From assembly GCA_963720545.1 (NCBI GenBank), contig OY970399.1, forward strand, positions 544,001 to 608,000: a stretch of 64,000 bases of DNA, in the 5' to 3' direction. The notes under the pieces were generated by a model. That model had not been told where the DNA came from. It saw only the letters and a program-made list of their open reading frames with translations, and made no database searches. The translations under genes and the position numbers were made by a program. Of the stretch, positions 36,570 through 49,534 are shown in pieces. The stretch comes from an uncultured Acidobacteriota bacterium (GTDB lineage: Bacteria > Acidobacteriota > Vicinamibacteria > Fen-336). Position 1 is the first letter of the stretch. The number at the start of each line of letters is the position of its first letter.

Positions 36570-38908
36570 TGCTGCACCTCGAGCCGGGCCGAGATCGGCA
36601 TGACCGGCTGTTTCGGTCCGGTGCCTGTCTCGAGAGTCAGGCCCTGGACGACAACTTCCACATTACCCGGTTGCAGGCCCTGCACGCGCAGGGTTGCGAT
36701 CGACCCCGAACCGGAGGTTCCGGACGCACGCGTGAACTTCACCGTGGCGGTGCCGTTGCCGATCACCTTCTGGACGCCCACCGACTGGCCGTCGAGTGTG
36801 AGGAGCGAGCCGGCGGCGACGTCGGTGAGGCTGACCTTGTCGGGATCGAAGCGCAGGGTGAGGTTGACGACGCGCACGTCCTGCGCGGACATCACCACGA
36901 CGTCGAGGTTCGCCACCTCGCCCACCGGCAACACGCGCTCCGACGGGCTGATACTCGCCGCGATCTCACTGCCGGCCGGTACCGGCGGCGCCTGCGGCTC
37001 GGCATCGGCCGGTTCGATCACCTGCTGGCCTTCCGCCGGCGCTGGCTCCGTGCCGAACAGCGGCTGGGCCGGTGCCGCCGCCTGCGGCGGCGCAGGCTCG
37101 AGCGGTGGCGGCACCGAATCGGGCGTGGCAGGCGCTCCGGGCGGGGTCTCGAGCGCCTTGTCCGATTCCTCGCCGCCGAAGCGGTTGGGATGGACCGAAC
37201 GCATGCGCACCACTTCTTCCGTGCCGGTCGAGAGCGCGACCAGGTCGTCCTCAGTAACCTTGGGGGCGCGCACCAGGTGCGGCGTGAGCGAAATGATGAC
37301 TTCGCGCGTGGTCTTCTTCTTTTCGGTCGGGCTCAGCAGCTTGCTGAGCAGGGGCACGCCCGCAAAGCCGCGGAAGCCCTCGGATTCCTGGGTTTGCAGC
37401 AGGCCGCCGATGTAGGTCGTCTCCCCGTCGCGGAGGCGCAGGACGCCGCTCACCTGCCGGGTGAGAAAGGACGGGATGAGCGTGCCGTTGCCCACGTCCT
37501 GCTTGGTGCCGAGCAGCGAGAACTCGGCGTTCATCTCGAGGGCGATCTCGCTGTTGGCGCTGATCTTCGGCGTCAGGTCCATGGTGATGCCGACGTTCCT
37601 GAACTGGAACGAAGTGGTCGGCTGGAAGCTGGCGCCGCCCGCGGGCGTGCCCACCGGCTGCGAATAGAAGGTCGTGACCGGGATCGGGATCTCTTCACCG
37701 ATCTTGAGCGTCGTCTTCTTGCCTTCTGCCGCGCGCAGGCGCGGCGCGGCGAGGATCCTGGTCGTGGAGTCGGTCTGCAGGAACTTGGCCGTGAGGGTGG
37801 ACGGGATCTTGAGGATGAAGTCGGCGAGGTTCAGTGACGAGAGCAAATGGGCGCGTACGTTGGTGAAGCCGGAGGCGTCCACTTCGCCGGTGGCGCCGGT
37901 CGGCGAGAGCGTCGACGACGCCTCGTAGTTCGAGAGGCGCAGGCCGTAGTCGCGCAGCTTGTCGCGGTTGATCTCGATGATCTCGACTTCCACCAGCACC
38001 TCGCCCTTGGCCTTGTCGTTGGCGTTGATAATGCGCTCCGCCATCGCGATCTTGTCGGGCGTCGCCACCACCGTGATCGCGCCGGTCGCCGGGTTGGCGG
38101 TCGCCTTGGTGATGCCGGTGAGCGACTTCACCTGCTGCAGCACCTCCGCGGCTTCGGCGTTGTCGAGGTAGAAGGTCTGGATCACCAGGTCGTCGTAGAC
38201 GCGGCGCTTGGCCGGTGACTCGGTGGCGACGATGATGGTGTTGGCGTCGATGACCTTGTAGAAGAGCCTGTTGGTGAAGGTGACGCGGTCCATGGCTTCG
38301 ACGAAGGTGAGGCCGCGCAAGTCGATCGTGACCCGCTTGTCGGCGCGGTAGTCGGGGTCGATGAGGATGTTGACGCCCGACAGCTTCGAGAGCGTCTCGA
38401 ACACCTTGTTGATCGGCGTGTCGGTGATCTTGAACGAGATCGGCACGTTGCTGCGCGGCGAGAGGAACGGCTGGCTGGCCGGCGCGACTTTGCTCTTCAT
38501 CTCGTGGTAGTTGGCGCGGCGGTCCAGCTCGGCCTGGCGGCGCGCGAGCCGCTGCTTGGCGATGATGAGGTCGTCCGATGCCGACTTGTTGGCGGGGTCG
38601 TACTTGGAGGCGATCTCGAGTTCGTCGATCGCCTTCTCGAGCTCGTCGGCCGCCATACGCTTCTTCGCTTCGGCGAGGTGGAAGCGGCTCGCCTGGATGC
38701 GGGCGTTCTCGAGCGCGAGCTTGTAACCGATGTTGTCGGGGTCCTCGTCGAGCGCGCGCTGGTAGCGCGCCACCGCGAGGTCCCAGTCGGCCTTCTTTGA
38801 CGCGCTCTGGCCCTGACGGTAGGACCTGGACGCCGCGCAGGCACCGAGCGACACGGCCAGCAGGACCAGGGCGACGGCTCGCGCGGCGCGTCTCATGTCT
38901 AGTCTCAT
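36566..38908 (-). CDS. Secretin (GspD-like) lipoprotein with C-terminal cohesin-like domain
   Basis: Lipobox LGAC; ILAAPRLR, NVGITMDLTP, LRDGET.YIGGL, LTPHLV; C-terminal LTLRFDP...GSGSIATL beta domain. Confidence 0.88.
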   Translation of the reverse strand: MRLDMRRAARAVALVLLAVSLGACAASRSYRQGQSASKKADWDLAVARYQRALDEDPDNIGYKLALENARIQASRFHLAEAKKRMAADELEKAIDELEIASKYDPANKSASDDLIIAKQRLARRQAELDRRANYHEMKSKVAPASQPFLSPRSNVPISFKITDTPINKVFETLSKLSGVNILIDPDYRADKRVTIDLRGLTFVEAMDRVTFTNRLFYKVIDANTIIVATESPAKRRVYDDLVIQTFYLDNAEAAEVLQQVKSLTGITKATANPATGAITVVATPDKIAMAERIINANDKAKGEVLVEVEIIEINRDKLRDYGLRLSNYEASSTLSPTGATGEVDASGFTNVRAHLLSSLNLADFILKIPSTLTAKFLQTDSTTRILAAPRLRAAEGKKTTLKIGEEIPIPVTTFYSQPVGTPAGGASFQPTTSFQFRNVGITMDLTPKISANSEIALEMNAEFSLLGTKQDVGNGTLIPSFLTRQVSGVLRLRDGETTYIGGLLQTQESEGFRGFAGVPLLSKLLSPTEKKKTTREVIISLTPHLVRAPKVTEDDLVALSTGTEEVVRMRSVHPNRFGGEESDKALETPPGAPATPDSVPPPLEPAPPQAAAPAQPLFGTEPAPAEGQQVIEPADAEPQAPPVPAGSEIAASISPSERVLPVGEVANLDVVVMSAQDVRVVNLTLRFDPDKVSLTDVAAGSLLTLDGQSVGVQKVIGNGTATVKFTRASGTSGSGSIATLRVQGLQPGNVEVVVQGLTLETGTGPKQPVMPISARLEVQH

Positions 38909-39432
38909 CAGTTACCCTTCAACGGAATTCGACGCGGCAGCCCGGAGAGCAGGTCCTGGACATCGATGGATTCTAGGTTGATACGGACGACCTTCACCCG
39001 GTTCGCCACGGTTTCGCCCACTCCCCCGGTGAGTACCTCGTTGTGGTCGGTCATGAATATGGCCTTGCGCACCCCGGAGCGCTCCGCCGACCCCACGTAC
39101 TTGAGGTTCAGGGGCGGGAGGGGGGTGGGCGTCGGCACGGCCGGGGTGAGGGATTGGGCGTCCGGCAGCTGCGCGACCACCGGCGCAGGCGGCTGATAGT
39201 ACTCGAAGACGTTGCGCTTGCCCGCGCCGGCGGGGTCGCGCAGCGCCTTGGCCCGGTCGAGGCCGATCGCGGGAACCCCGGCGGGACGGACGGCCGCGGC
39301 GCGGCGGGTGGTGGCGGGCGTTACCGACGCCGCGGTGCGCGGCGCCGGGGCGCTGCCCGGTCCGAACCAGACCCAGAGGGCCACGAGCACCAGCAGTATG
39401 GCGATCGCCGGCAGGCCCCAGCGCTTCACCAT
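38908..39432 (-). CDS. PilP/GspC-like accessory protein
   Basis: N-terminal [29 protein letters not shown]; position between pilins and secretin. Confidence 0.6.
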   Translation of the reverse strand: MVKRWGLPAIAILLVLVALWVWFGPGSAPAPRTAASVTPATTRRAAAVRPAGVPAIGLDRAKALRDPAGAGKRNVFEYYQPPAPVVAQLPDAQSLTPAVPTPTPLPPLNLKYVGSAERSGVRKAIFMTDHNEVLTGGVGETVANRVKVVRINLESIDVQDLLSGLPRRIPLKGN

Positions 39433-39845
39433 TCGTTGTACGGCTTGCCGTTCAGGCCAACCGCCTCCGAGGTGCTCTTGATGTCGTAGATGCCGACCTG
39501 CGTCGACAGCGGATCGTCGGCTTCTGCCTCGGCGGGCACCTGCGTCCACTCGGTCGAGGTGGTGATGGGGTCGCGCGGCAGCTCGCGCAGGTAGCCGGCG
39601 TCGACCAGCGCCTGCAGCGACTCGGGATACTTGCCCTTGTCGGCGTGATAGTGGTCGATCGTGTCGCGCAGGCGGTAGAGGTTCTCACGCAGCACCGCTT
39701 CCTTCGCCTGGATCACGGAGTTGCGGTAGTTGGGCAGCGCGATGCCCCACAGGATGCCCATGATCGCGATCACTACGATCAGCTCGAGGAGCGTGAAGCC
39801 CGCCTCGCGGCCTGACTTCGCCATGGCCATCGGCATCGGCATCAC
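39426..39845 (-). CDS. GspG-like pseudopilin
   Basis: [46 protein letters not shown]. Confidence 0.9.
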   Translation of the reverse strand: MMPMPMAMAKSGREAGFTLLELIVVIAIMGILWGIALPNYRNSVIQAKEAVLRENLYRLRDTIDHYHADKGKYPESLQALVDAGYLRELPRDPITTSTEWTQVPAEAEADDPLSTQVGIYDIKSTSEAVGLNGKPYNEW

Positions 39846-40324
39846 CACTGGTCGTATCTCGAGCCGTCGAGCGCCTTGGCGTGGCTCTTCGAGCGCACGT
39901 CCCAGACGTTCTGGCCGCACCAGGACGTGGCATCAGAGTCGTCCTGGTAGCAGCGCATGTCCCACTCGTTGCTGCGGGTGACCGGGTCTTCCGGGATGCG
40001 GCGCAGGTACTTGAGCTTCTTGTCCACGGCGCCGACGCGATCGACGCCGTTCACCAGGATGTCGAGCGTCGGCGGGTAGCCCTCGCTGCCGAGCTTCACG
40101 TCGGTGCCGCCGATGAGGCCGCGGTCCACGTCGTCCTTGTAGCGGTCGATGGCGGTGCGCAGCTCGCGCAGCGTGCGGCGTAGCTCGATCTCACGCTCGC
40201 GCTTCGCGGCCACCCCGGCCATGGGCAGGATCGCGGAGGCGAGGATCGCGAGCACCGCTGCGGTCGCGATCAGCTCGACGAACGTCAAGCCACGCTCCCC
40301 GCTACGCTGCCGCGGGCGCATCAC
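39842..40324 (-). CDS. GspG-like pseudopilin
   Basis: [45 protein letters not shown]. Confidence 0.9.
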   Translation of the reverse strand: MMRPRQRSGERGLTFVELIATAAVLAILASAILPMAGVAAKREREIELRRTLRELRTAIDRYKDDVDRGLIGGTDVKLGSEGYPPTLDILVNGVDRVGAVDKKLKYLRRIPEDPVTRSNEWDMRCYQDDSDATSWCGQNVWDVRSKSHAKALDGSRYDQW

Positions 40325-40887
40325 GAAACCACCGGCGCACGGAAGAAGGCGCTCACCTTCATCTCGAGCTTCGCGGGCGCGCCGTCGCCACCGGCGAGCC
40401 GCAGCTCGTCCACCGACACGAAGTGCTCGGAGCGGCGCAGCGCCTCGAGGAATGCGACCAGCGAGGTGTAGTCCCCCTCCACCGGCATCGTGATCTCGAA
40501 GGCGTCGATGGGCGCCGCCTCCACCGGTTTCTCGTCGAACTTCCAGGTGGGCACGGTGACACCGCTCTGCTGGGCGATGCGGCGGATCTCGTTGATGGTC
40601 GCGAGCATCTCGGGGTCGCGCGCCGCGGCCACTTCGCCGAGAAAGCGCGCCTCGTCACGGATGTTGGCGGCGCGTGTCTGAACCACGGAGCGGCGCGCCT
40701 GCTGCTGGTCGCGCAGCGACTGCACTTCCTGGCGCAGCGCGGCCAGCCGCACGCTGCGGCTGCGGCTCTCGAGCGAGCGCGGCAGCGTGTAGAAGAAGAA
40801 CCCGATGCCGTTCAGCACCAGCAACGCGAGGCACAGGAACAGGGCCAGCTTTGCCTGGGTCGAGAGTCCGAGGCGCGAGGTGGTCAT
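40321..40887 (-). CDS. PilO/GspM-like protein
   Basis: TM, coiled coil, then ITMPVEGDYTSLVAFLEAL..SEHF. Confidence 0.8.
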   Translation of the reverse strand: MTTSRLGLSTQAKLALFLCLALLVLNGIGFFFYTLPRSLESRSRSVRLAALRQEVQSLRDQQQARRSVVQTRAANIRDEARFLGEVAAARDPEMLATINEIRRIAQQSGVTVPTWKFDEKPVEAAPIDAFEITMPVEGDYTSLVAFLEALRRSEHFVSVDELRLAGGDGAPAKLEMKVSAFFRAPVVS

Positions 40888-41501
40888 CGGCCCCTTCCCG
40901 GACGCGGCGCCTGCGGCGGCGGGGTTGCCTGCGCAGCCGCAGGAGCTGCCGCAGTGGCGTCGGCACGATACTCGACCGCGTAGGTGAAGGTCTTTTCGTC
41001 TTCCGTCTGGCCGAAGTCGATCGGCGTCGGCGTGACGAAGAAGGGCTGCGCCTCGAGGTTGCGGCCGAACTTCTCGACGTCGTCGAGGTTGTGGGCGGCG
41101 CCGCTCAGCGTCAGGAGCACCCGGCCGCCCTTCAGCTCGGGGGAGATCGAAGCCAGGCGCGCGCCGCCGGGCAGCGCCGCTTCGAGCCGCGCGAGCAGCA
41201 TGGGCCAGTCGAACACACGCCGATCGACGATGTTCTTGAGGCTGCTCCAGCGCGCGCCGGTGGCGGAGTCGAGCGCTTCCGCGGGCGCCGCTGCCAGCTG
41301 CGCGCGCAGTTGCGATGCCTCGTTGTCGAGGCGCGCGAATTCCTGCACCGACGCCGAGGTGCTCTGCGGCATGACGCGCAGCAGCGAGGCAACGTGCAGG
41401 AGCGTCAGCCCCATGAGGAAGAGCGCCAGCAGCGCGACCAGCACGCCGGGAATGCGCTGGTTGCGAAACGGCGCAGCCGCGAGGTTGACGGAGAGCTTCA
41501 C
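40884..41501 (-). CDS. PilN-like protein
   Basis: VNLA..PF, TM, coiled coil, W..LL..LE..LP..ARL.SI, F..NLE..PFF. Confidence 0.8.
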   Translation of the reverse strand: MKLSVNLAAAPFRNQRIPGVLVALLALFLMGLTLLHVASLLRVMPQSTSASVQEFARLDNEASQLRAQLAAAPAEALDSATGARWSSLKNIVDRRVFDWPMLLARLEAALPGGARLASISPELKGGRVLLTLSGAAHNLDDVEKFGRNLEAQPFFVTPTPIDFGQTEDEKTFTYAVEYRADATAAAPAAAQATPPPQAPRPGRGR

Positions 41502-42465
41502 CGCGCGACGCTCCGCGAAACCACCAGTGCCGTGGCGGCCGCGAGCTCGGTCGTCGGCAGGTTGCGATCGCCGAACGGCCACGGGTCGAGCGGGCGCGCC
41601 GCGACACCGAGCACTTCGGTGAGGGCGTCGAGCGGCACCTGGGGCGCGATGAGGCGCACCCATGCGGCGCTCAGTCCCCACCCCTCGAGGCGCTCGCGGT
41701 AGTAAATGAGCGTGCTGCCGATTTCGCGGAACAGAGCCTGGGCGTCGGCGACCGCCGTGGCGTCGAGCGTGCGGACCAGCAGCGGACGCCCGGCGCGGAA
41801 GATGCTGAGCGACACCCAGCCGACGTCGCCGTTCAGCACCAGCACGTCACTGTTGGCGATGCCGCGGTCGAACACCCAGTCGGCGAGCGTGAGGCTCGAG
41901 ATCTCGACCCGGCCGGGGTTGAGGCCGACCGATTCGCAGGCTTCCTCGTAGCCGCGGATCACCGACTCGAGCACCACGACCGCCAGCACGCCGTCGGCCA
42001 GCGAGCCCATCGGCGAAAACGAGACGCGCGCCTCGCGGATGTCGAAAGGCACCGCCTTCTTGAGCCGGAACCGCACCAGCTCGCCCAGCCCCGACTCCCC
42101 CGCCGCCGCCAGTTCGACGCCCGACACGATGGCGATGCGCGCCACCGGGTCGGGCAGCACGATGCCGACGCGCCCGCGGTCGGCCGAGCCGACCTTTTCG
42201 AGCAGCCGCTGCAGCGTCTCCACCAGCTGCTTGCGGTCGAGCACGTTGGGCTCGCTCATCGACAGGCGCAGCACGCCGCGGTCGAGCTCGGCGATGCCGG
42301 CGGCGCCGAAGCGCGCCTCGGCGCCGAAGCGGCCGACGCGCAGGGCGCGCAGCGTGCGCACGCCGAACTCGAGCGCGAGGCCCGGCGGCTCGGGTGCCGT
42401 CAGCCAGTTGAGGAAGCCGCCGCGCCTCTTCTCCTCGACGATCGGGGTGGTCGGCTGCGTGCCCA

Positions 42466-42466
<1 letters not shown>
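41498..42466 (-). CDS. PilM-like actin-fold protein
   Basis: VLPDPVARI, VRFRLKKAVPFD, YEEACE..GL.PG.V; position before pilN. Confidence 0.75.
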
Positions 42467-44089
<1,623 letters not shown>

Positions 44090-44091
44090 CG

Positions 44092-45306
44092 CTAGTGGCT
44101 CACCGAGCCCTGCAGGTTGGAGATCGCCTGGAACATCGGCAGGTAGACGGAGAGGATGATCGAACCGACGCCGACCGCGAGCAGCACCAGCACCACCGGC
44201 TCCACGAGCGCCAGCACCCGCGCGATCATGGTGTCGAGCTCTTCGTCGTAGAAGTCGGCGACCGCCAGCAGCATGTCGGAGAGGGCGCCCGTCTGCTCGC
44301 CGACCTTCACCATCTCGAGCGTCATGTTCTCGAACATACCGGTCGATTCGAGCGCCTGGGTGAGGCTCCTGCCCTCGCGCACCTGCGGTGTGGCCGCGAT
44401 CACCGCGGCGGAGATCGCCCGGTTACCCACGGCGCCGGCCGCCACCTCCAGCGCGGTGACGAGCGGCAGGCCGCCGGAGAGGAGGGTCGCGAGCGTGCGG
44501 CTCAGCTGGCTCGACGCGTACATCTGCATCATGCGGCCGAGAAACGGGGTGCGCAGCAGCGCGCGGTCCACCTTCGCCACCGAGCCCGGCTGCCGCAGCC
44601 AGTACCAGACGGCGACGAACACCACCACCAGCACCGCCAGCACCCAGAAGATGCGCGCGCCGAGGAATGCGGCGACCCCGAGGATGGCGCGCGAGAACGC
44701 CGGCAGCTCGACGTTGAGGCCGGTGTAGAACTCCTGGAACTTCGGCAGCACGCGCAGCACCAGGTAACTGCCGAGCACGATCATGAGGGTGATGACGGCG
44801 ATCGGGTAGACGGCCGCGGACACGGCCTTCTTGCGCAGGCTCTGCGTGACCCGCGTGTACTGGACGTAGCGGCGCAGCACTGTTTCGAGGCTGCCCGAGC
44901 GCTCGCCCGCGACCAGGCTCGCCGAGAAAACCGGCGGATAGAGAGCGCCTTCGGCGGCGAACGCATCCGACAGGGACGCGCCCGAGCGCACACGGTCGCG
45001 CACGGCGGCGAGCGAACGGCGGAAGACCGGATCCTTCTGGCGTTCGAGGATGACGTCGAGCGACTGGTAGAGCGGCAGGCCGGCCTTGAGGAGTGCCGCG
45101 ATCTGCTGGCTGAAGATCAGGAGCGTGTCGGTCTTGACCCGCTTGCGGGTCAGCTCGAACGAGCCGAACGCCATGCCCTTGCGTACGCCGAGAAGATAGA
45201 GGCCCTGTCCTTCGAGTTCCGAGCGCAGCGCGCCTTCGTCAGCGGCGGAGAAGGTTCGCTCCACCACCTCGCCTGTAGGCATGCCGATCTTGCAGACGAA
45301 CTCCAT
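44092..45306 (-). CDS. GspF/PilC inner-membrane platform protein
   Basis: LLKAGLPL, GERSGSL, SAAVYP, VGEQTGAL, LVEP, VYLPMF. Confidence 0.92.
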   Translation of the reverse strand: MEFVCKIGMPTGEVVERTFSAADEGALRSELEGQGLYLLGVRKGMAFGSFELTRKRVKTDTLLIFSQQIAALLKAGLPLYQSLDVILERQKDPVFRRSLAAVRDRVRSGASLSDAFAAEGALYPPVFSASLVAGERSGSLETVLRRYVQYTRVTQSLRKKAVSAAVYPIAVITLMIVLGSYLVLRVLPKFQEFYTGLNVELPAFSRAILGVAAFLGARIFWVLAVLVVVFVAVWYWLRQPGSVAKVDRALLRTPFLGRMMQMYASSQLSRTLATLLSGGLPLVTALEVAAGAVGNRAISAAVIAATPQVREGRSLTQALESTGMFENMTLEMVKVGEQTGALSDMLLAVADFYDEELDTMIARVLALVEPVVLVLLAVGVGSIILSVYLPMFQAISNLQGSVSH

Positions 45307-45397
45307 GGCCTCGCTTCTGTTTATGCGCCGACGTCTGTTTAGACGCACGACCGCGCCCGGAGATCATAACATCGCTAAGGGCCGACGGCTAAACAAC

Positions 45398-46081
45398 TTA
45401 AACAGGGTCGATGAACTTGTAGCCGGAGCCGTGGATGGTGAGGATATAGCGCGGTTCGCTGCCGCTGTCGCCGATCTTGGCGCGCAGCTTGGCGATGTGG
45501 GTGTCGACCGTGCGGGTGGACGGATAGTTCTCGTAGCCCCAGACGTCCTCGAGCAGCTGTTCGCGCGAAACGGTGTCGCCCTTGCGCTCGATGAGATACC
45601 GCAGCAGCTCGAATTCGCGCGGCGAAAGGTCGAGGAGCTCGCTGCCGCGCTTCGCCTTGTAGCCCTCGAAATCGATCTCGATGTCGGCGAAGCGGTAGCT
45701 GGCGAGCCGCTTGCGGTTCTCGGTGCGGCGCAGCACGGCGCGTACCCGCGCCAGCAGCTCCCGGATCGAGAACGGCTTGGTGACGTAGTCGTCGGCGCCG
45801 AGCTCCAGCCCGACGACCTTGTCCACCTCCTGGCCGCGCGCGGTGAGCATCAGGATGGGGGCCTCGAAACCCTCTCCCCTCAACGTCTTGCAGACTTCCA
45901 GGCCGGACAGCTTGGGCAGCATGATGTCGAGGATCAGCAGGTCCGGCTTCTGGCTGCGCGCCTTCTCGATGCCTTCCGCACCATCGACGGCCGTGACCAC
46001 TTCGTAGCCTTCGAACTCGAAGTTGTCCCGCAGTCCCAGGATCATGTCCGGCTCGTCTTCGACGATAAGAATCTTGGTCAC
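45398..46081 (-). CDS. OmpR/PhoB family response regulator
   Basis: ILIVEDE, LDIMLP, MLTA, GADDYVTKPF, RTVDTHI..LR.K. Confidence 0.95.
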   Translation of the reverse strand: MTKILIVEDEPDMILGLRDNFEFEGYEVVTAVDGAEGIEKARSQKPDLLILDIMLPKLSGLEVCKTLRGEGFEAPILMLTARGQEVDKVVGLELGADDYVTKPFSIRELLARVRAVLRRTENRKRLASYRFADIEIDFEGYKAKRGSELLDLSPREFELLRYLIERKGDTVSREQLLEDVWGYENYPSTRTVDTHIAKLRAKIGDSGSEPRYILTIHGSGYKFIDPV

Positions 46082-47682
46082 GCTTTCTCCTCGACGCTTG
46101 CCATCGGGCCGGCCGATGGGTGTGTGGGCTCGCCGACCGGATCGTCGGCGCGCCTTACGGGTAATACCAGCGTGAACGTGCTCCCCTTGCCGGGGGTGCT
46201 GTCCACTTCGACGCTGCCGCCATGAGCATCCATGATATGGCGAACGAGGGAAAGGCCGAGGCCGCTGCCCTTGGTTTCGTGGATCAGGCTCGACTCGACC
46301 CGGTAGAACTTCTCGAAGATCTTCTTCTGCTCGCCGCGCGGGATGCCGATGCCGCGGTCGGCCACGGCGATCTCGATGCGCTCGCCGCTGCGGCGCGCGG
46401 TGATCTCGATCTGCTTGTCGTCGCCGCTGTACTTGATGGCGTTGTTGATCAGGTTGATGAGCGCCTGCGCCAGGGCGTCGGGGTCGACCTCGGTCTCGGG
46501 CAACGGCTCGAGCGCCACCGCCAGGCGGAAGCCCTGCTGCTCGATCGGGAAGCGGTACGACTCGACCACGTCCTCGATTACCCGGGCGGGATCGCCGGTG
46601 ACGAAGCTGTATTCCTTGCGGCCCGCCTCGATGCGCGAAAAGTCGAGGATGTTGTTGATCAGCTGGGTGAGGCGCTGGCTCTCCTTGTTGATGATCCGGT
46701 AGTACTCGTGCGCCTTGCCGTCCTTCGTCACGCGGCCCATCTCGAGGGTCTCGGCGAACAGGCGGATGAGCGCCAGCGGCGTCTTCAGCTCGTGCGAGAC
46801 GTTCGCGACGAAGTCGCTCTTGAGGCGCGAGAGCACCAGCTCGCGCTTCACGTTGTTGTAGGCGATCCACAGTGCCGTGCCGAGCAGGATGTCGAGGAAC
46901 AGGATGAGAGCCGTCTGGCCGAGCGCCCAGCGCCGCACCTGGATGGCGATCGGCCCCTGGCGGTCGCGCAGCTCGAGCACGATGCCGCGGAAGGACGGCA
47001 CGGTCAGCGTGCGGCGCACGTCCCACTCGTCGCTGCTGGACGGCGCGTTTTCGTAGAGCACCTCGTCGCCGCCCACCTCGCGCGCGCGCAGTATCCAGTG
47101 GCCCTCGGCGGTGGGCGCCTCGCGTTCGAAGTACTTGTGCAGCAGCGTGCCGTGGGCATAGTCGTGCGAGAAGCGGAAGCGCAGCATGCCGCTGAACAGG
47201 CCGGTCGGCAGCATGATCGAGTCCTCGATCTCGCTGCGCGGCCCGGCGGCCACCGCCATCGCCTCGCTCAGGAACTCGTCCACCTGCACCGGCGTGCCCG
47301 ACCAGCGTTCGTTCGGCGGGCGCTTGGATGCGGCCTCGATGCGGATGCTCTCGAAGGTGTCGGGATCCCAGCCGGCGGCGCCGAGCGCCTGGCGGATGAC
47401 GTGCGCATCGGCATCGAGCAGCGCCTCGACGCCGATCGCTTTCGCTGCCGCCACCGCCTTGTCCTGGGCCAGTTGCTCGAGGTCGCGCTCGTGGTACTGC
47501 AGGATCTTCTCCGCCTCGCGCAGCCGCGCCGCCTTCTGCGCCTCGGCCTGCTTCGGCACCGAGTTGAGCGTCACGAACGAGAGCGCCGCGGACGGGATGA
47601 AGACCGCGAGCGCCAGAAGGACCAGCAGGCGGCGCTTGTGGCGGTCGCTTCCGCGGCCCGGGTCGGTGATTCGGCCGGTCAT
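46078..47682 (-). CDS. Membrane sensor histidine kinase
   Basis: Two TMs; SHELKTPL H-box, NLINNAIKY, DRGIGI, GSGLGL, GKGSTF. Confidence 0.95.
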   Translation of the reverse strand: MTGRITDPGRGSDRHKRRLLVLLALAVFIPSAALSFVTLNSVPKQAEAQKAARLREAEKILQYHERDLEQLAQDKAVAAAKAIGVEALLDADAHVIRQALGAAGWDPDTFESIRIEAASKRPPNERWSGTPVQVDEFLSEAMAVAAGPRSEIEDSIMLPTGLFSGMLRFRFSHDYAHGTLLHKYFEREAPTAEGHWILRAREVGGDEVLYENAPSSSDEWDVRRTLTVPSFRGIVLELRDRQGPIAIQVRRWALGQTALILFLDILLGTALWIAYNNVKRELVLSRLKSDFVANVSHELKTPLALIRLFAETLEMGRVTKDGKAHEYYRIINKESQRLTQLINNILDFSRIEAGRKEYSFVTGDPARVIEDVVESYRFPIEQQGFRLAVALEPLPETEVDPDALAQALINLINNAIKYSGDDKQIEITARRSGERIEIAVADRGIGIPRGEQKKIFEKFYRVESSLIHETKGSGLGLSLVRHIMDAHGGSVEVDSTPGKGSTFTLVLPVRRADDPVGEPTHPSAGPMASVEEKA

Positions 47683-47718
47683 GTCCTGCCGGTCAGAGTA
47701 ACACCGTTGACGGCGGCG

Positions 47719-49506
47719 CTAGACCCGGTAGCGGTAGAACACGGCGGTGACGATCTCGCGGGTGAGGAGCGCCGCCTGCGCGGCCACGATGGCGCAGACG
47801 GACAGGCGCGCGGCGGTCGTCTCGAGGGACCAGAACCGCAGGAAGCCGTCGGCGGCCAGCAGGCCGACAATCGGCGCAAGCGCCGGCAGGTAGCGCACCT
47901 CGAGCGGCGACACCAGCGCCGGCAACAGCAGGGCCAGTGCGCCCAGGGCGTAACCGCGCACGGCCGGGGGCATTCGGCGCCACGAGCCGCCGGCGAGGCC
48001 AAGCACCGCGAGGGCGACGATCGGCAACCCGAGGCCGCCGGCGACGCCGTGGGACTGGCGGACGAGCGCGCCGAGAAAGCCCGAGACCTCGGCCGTCCCC
48101 TGGCCGCCGCCTTCGAGGAGCCGCGGCGCCTGCGCCGCGATCATGCCGAAGAAGTGCGCGTAGTAGAACGCCGCAACCAGAAAGCCGGCGGCGGTGCCAA
48201 GGAGGCGGGCGCCGCGTGCGTTCGCACGATCGGCGACCGTCATGCCGATGACGACCGCCACCAGCACGATGAGGCTCGACAGGTGCGCGGTGGCCGCGAC
48301 CGCAACCAGCAGCGCGCCAACGGCCGCGTGCGGCTTCGCCGCGAGCCACCAGGCGAGCAACATCGCCGTGACTGCCTGGCCGAAAATGTTCGAGAGGTTG
48401 CCGAACGAGTAGAGCGATACGGTCAGCGGGAGGAGCTGCACTGCCGCAACACCCAGCACGCCCGCGATGCCGAGCGTCCGCCCGAACGCACGGATCAGCA
48501 CAGCGGCCCCAAGCAGCGAGGCGAGTGCCGCTCCCCACCGCACGAGCGCCACCCGCTCGACGCCAGGGCCGTCGAACGGCAGCAGCGCCGCGTAGAAGGA
48601 GACGCCGTAGGGGAAGCGAAACGGCTGCGCGTGCTGCGTTTCGCTCGTCGGGAACCACTCGCCGCGCCCCAATCGTTCGAGCTTGTTGGCGTGGAACAAG
48701 GCGTCGCTCACCACCATGCTCGGGTGCATCGCCGCGACCACATGCACGGTCGCGGCGAGCGCCATGGCCGCAAACGCGCCGCGCGCGATCGCCGTTCCCT
48801 GGCTGCGCATCCAGATGGCGATGAGGGCGGCGAGCGCAGCGCCGGCGGCGATCTCGGCGCACGCGGTCCAGGCGTAGGCGGAGCGGACCAGCCCGTCGCT
48901 CCAGACGGCGGCGGCCTCGACAGCGATGCCGCCCACGGCCCACATCGCGGCTGCCGGTGGTGAGAACCCGCCGGCGAGCGCGGCCGCGAGCACGCTCAAC
49001 GCCGCGACCAGGAACACCAGCAGCACCTCGAAGGGCAGCGCGCCGCGAGCGGCGAAACCGAGCTTCACGCGATCGACCAGCACGCCGCGTGTGCGGTCTT
49101 CGGTGCGCAGCACCGACGGGCGCAGCGTGATCGCGAGGCGTCCCGGCACCGCCGGTGCCGCGATCTCGAAGCGGCCGACGAACCGTCCGGCCGGGATCTC
49201 GCCGAGCGGCGCGCCGTCGGCCAGCACCGCGACCGCTCCCTGGTGGCCGCGAATTCGCACTTCGAGAGAGTACGGCGCAGCGGGCAGGTTGCGGAACCGG
49301 AACGATGCCTCCGCGCGCGACCAGCGCATCGGATCCTTGCCGGGAACGAGCTCGCGCGGGTTGAGGCCGGTGGCGAACGCGTCTTCGCTGCCGTGGCCCG
49401 GCTCGGCGCTCGGCAGGCCGCTGTACGCGTGCACCAGCCACGCAGCGAGCGCCGCCGCAGCGAGCGCGGCCGCCGCGGCCGCGAGGCCCCGTTGCATGTG
49501 CGTCAC
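47719..49506 (-). CDS. Polytopic membrane protein, possibly GT-C glycosyltransferase-like
   Basis: More than 10 hydrophobic segments, periplasmic beta domain, SDALFH...PYGVSFY loop; function tentative. Confidence 0.55.
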   Translation of the reverse strand: MTHMQRGLAAAAAALAAAALAAWLVHAYSGLPSAEPGHGSEDAFATGLNPRELVPGKDPMRWSRAEASFRFRNLPAAPYSLEVRIRGHQGAVAVLADGAPLGEIPAGRFVGRFEIAAPAVPGRLAITLRPSVLRTEDRTRGVLVDRVKLGFAARGALPFEVLLVFLVAALSVLAAALAGGFSPPAAAMWAVGGIAVEAAAVWSDGLVRSAYAWTACAEIAAGAALAALIAIWMRSQGTAIARGAFAAMALAATVHVVAAMHPSMVVSDALFHANKLERLGRGEWFPTSETQHAQPFRFPYGVSFYAALLPFDGPGVERVALVRWGAALASLLGAAVLIRAFGRTLGIAGVLGVAAVQLLPLTVSLYSFGNLSNIFGQAVTAMLLAWWLAAKPHAAVGALLVAVAATAHLSSLIVLVAVVIGMTVADRANARGARLLGTAAGFLVAAFYYAHFFGMIAAQAPRLLEGGGQGTAEVSGFLGALVRQSHGVAGGLGLPIVALAVLGLAGGSWRRMPPAVRGYALGALALLLPALVSPLEVRYLPALAPIVGLLAADGFLRFWSLETTAARLSVCAIVAAQAALLTREIVTAVFYRYRV

Positions 49507-49534
49507 GGCCGAGGAGTCTATCCTTAGTGCTCCC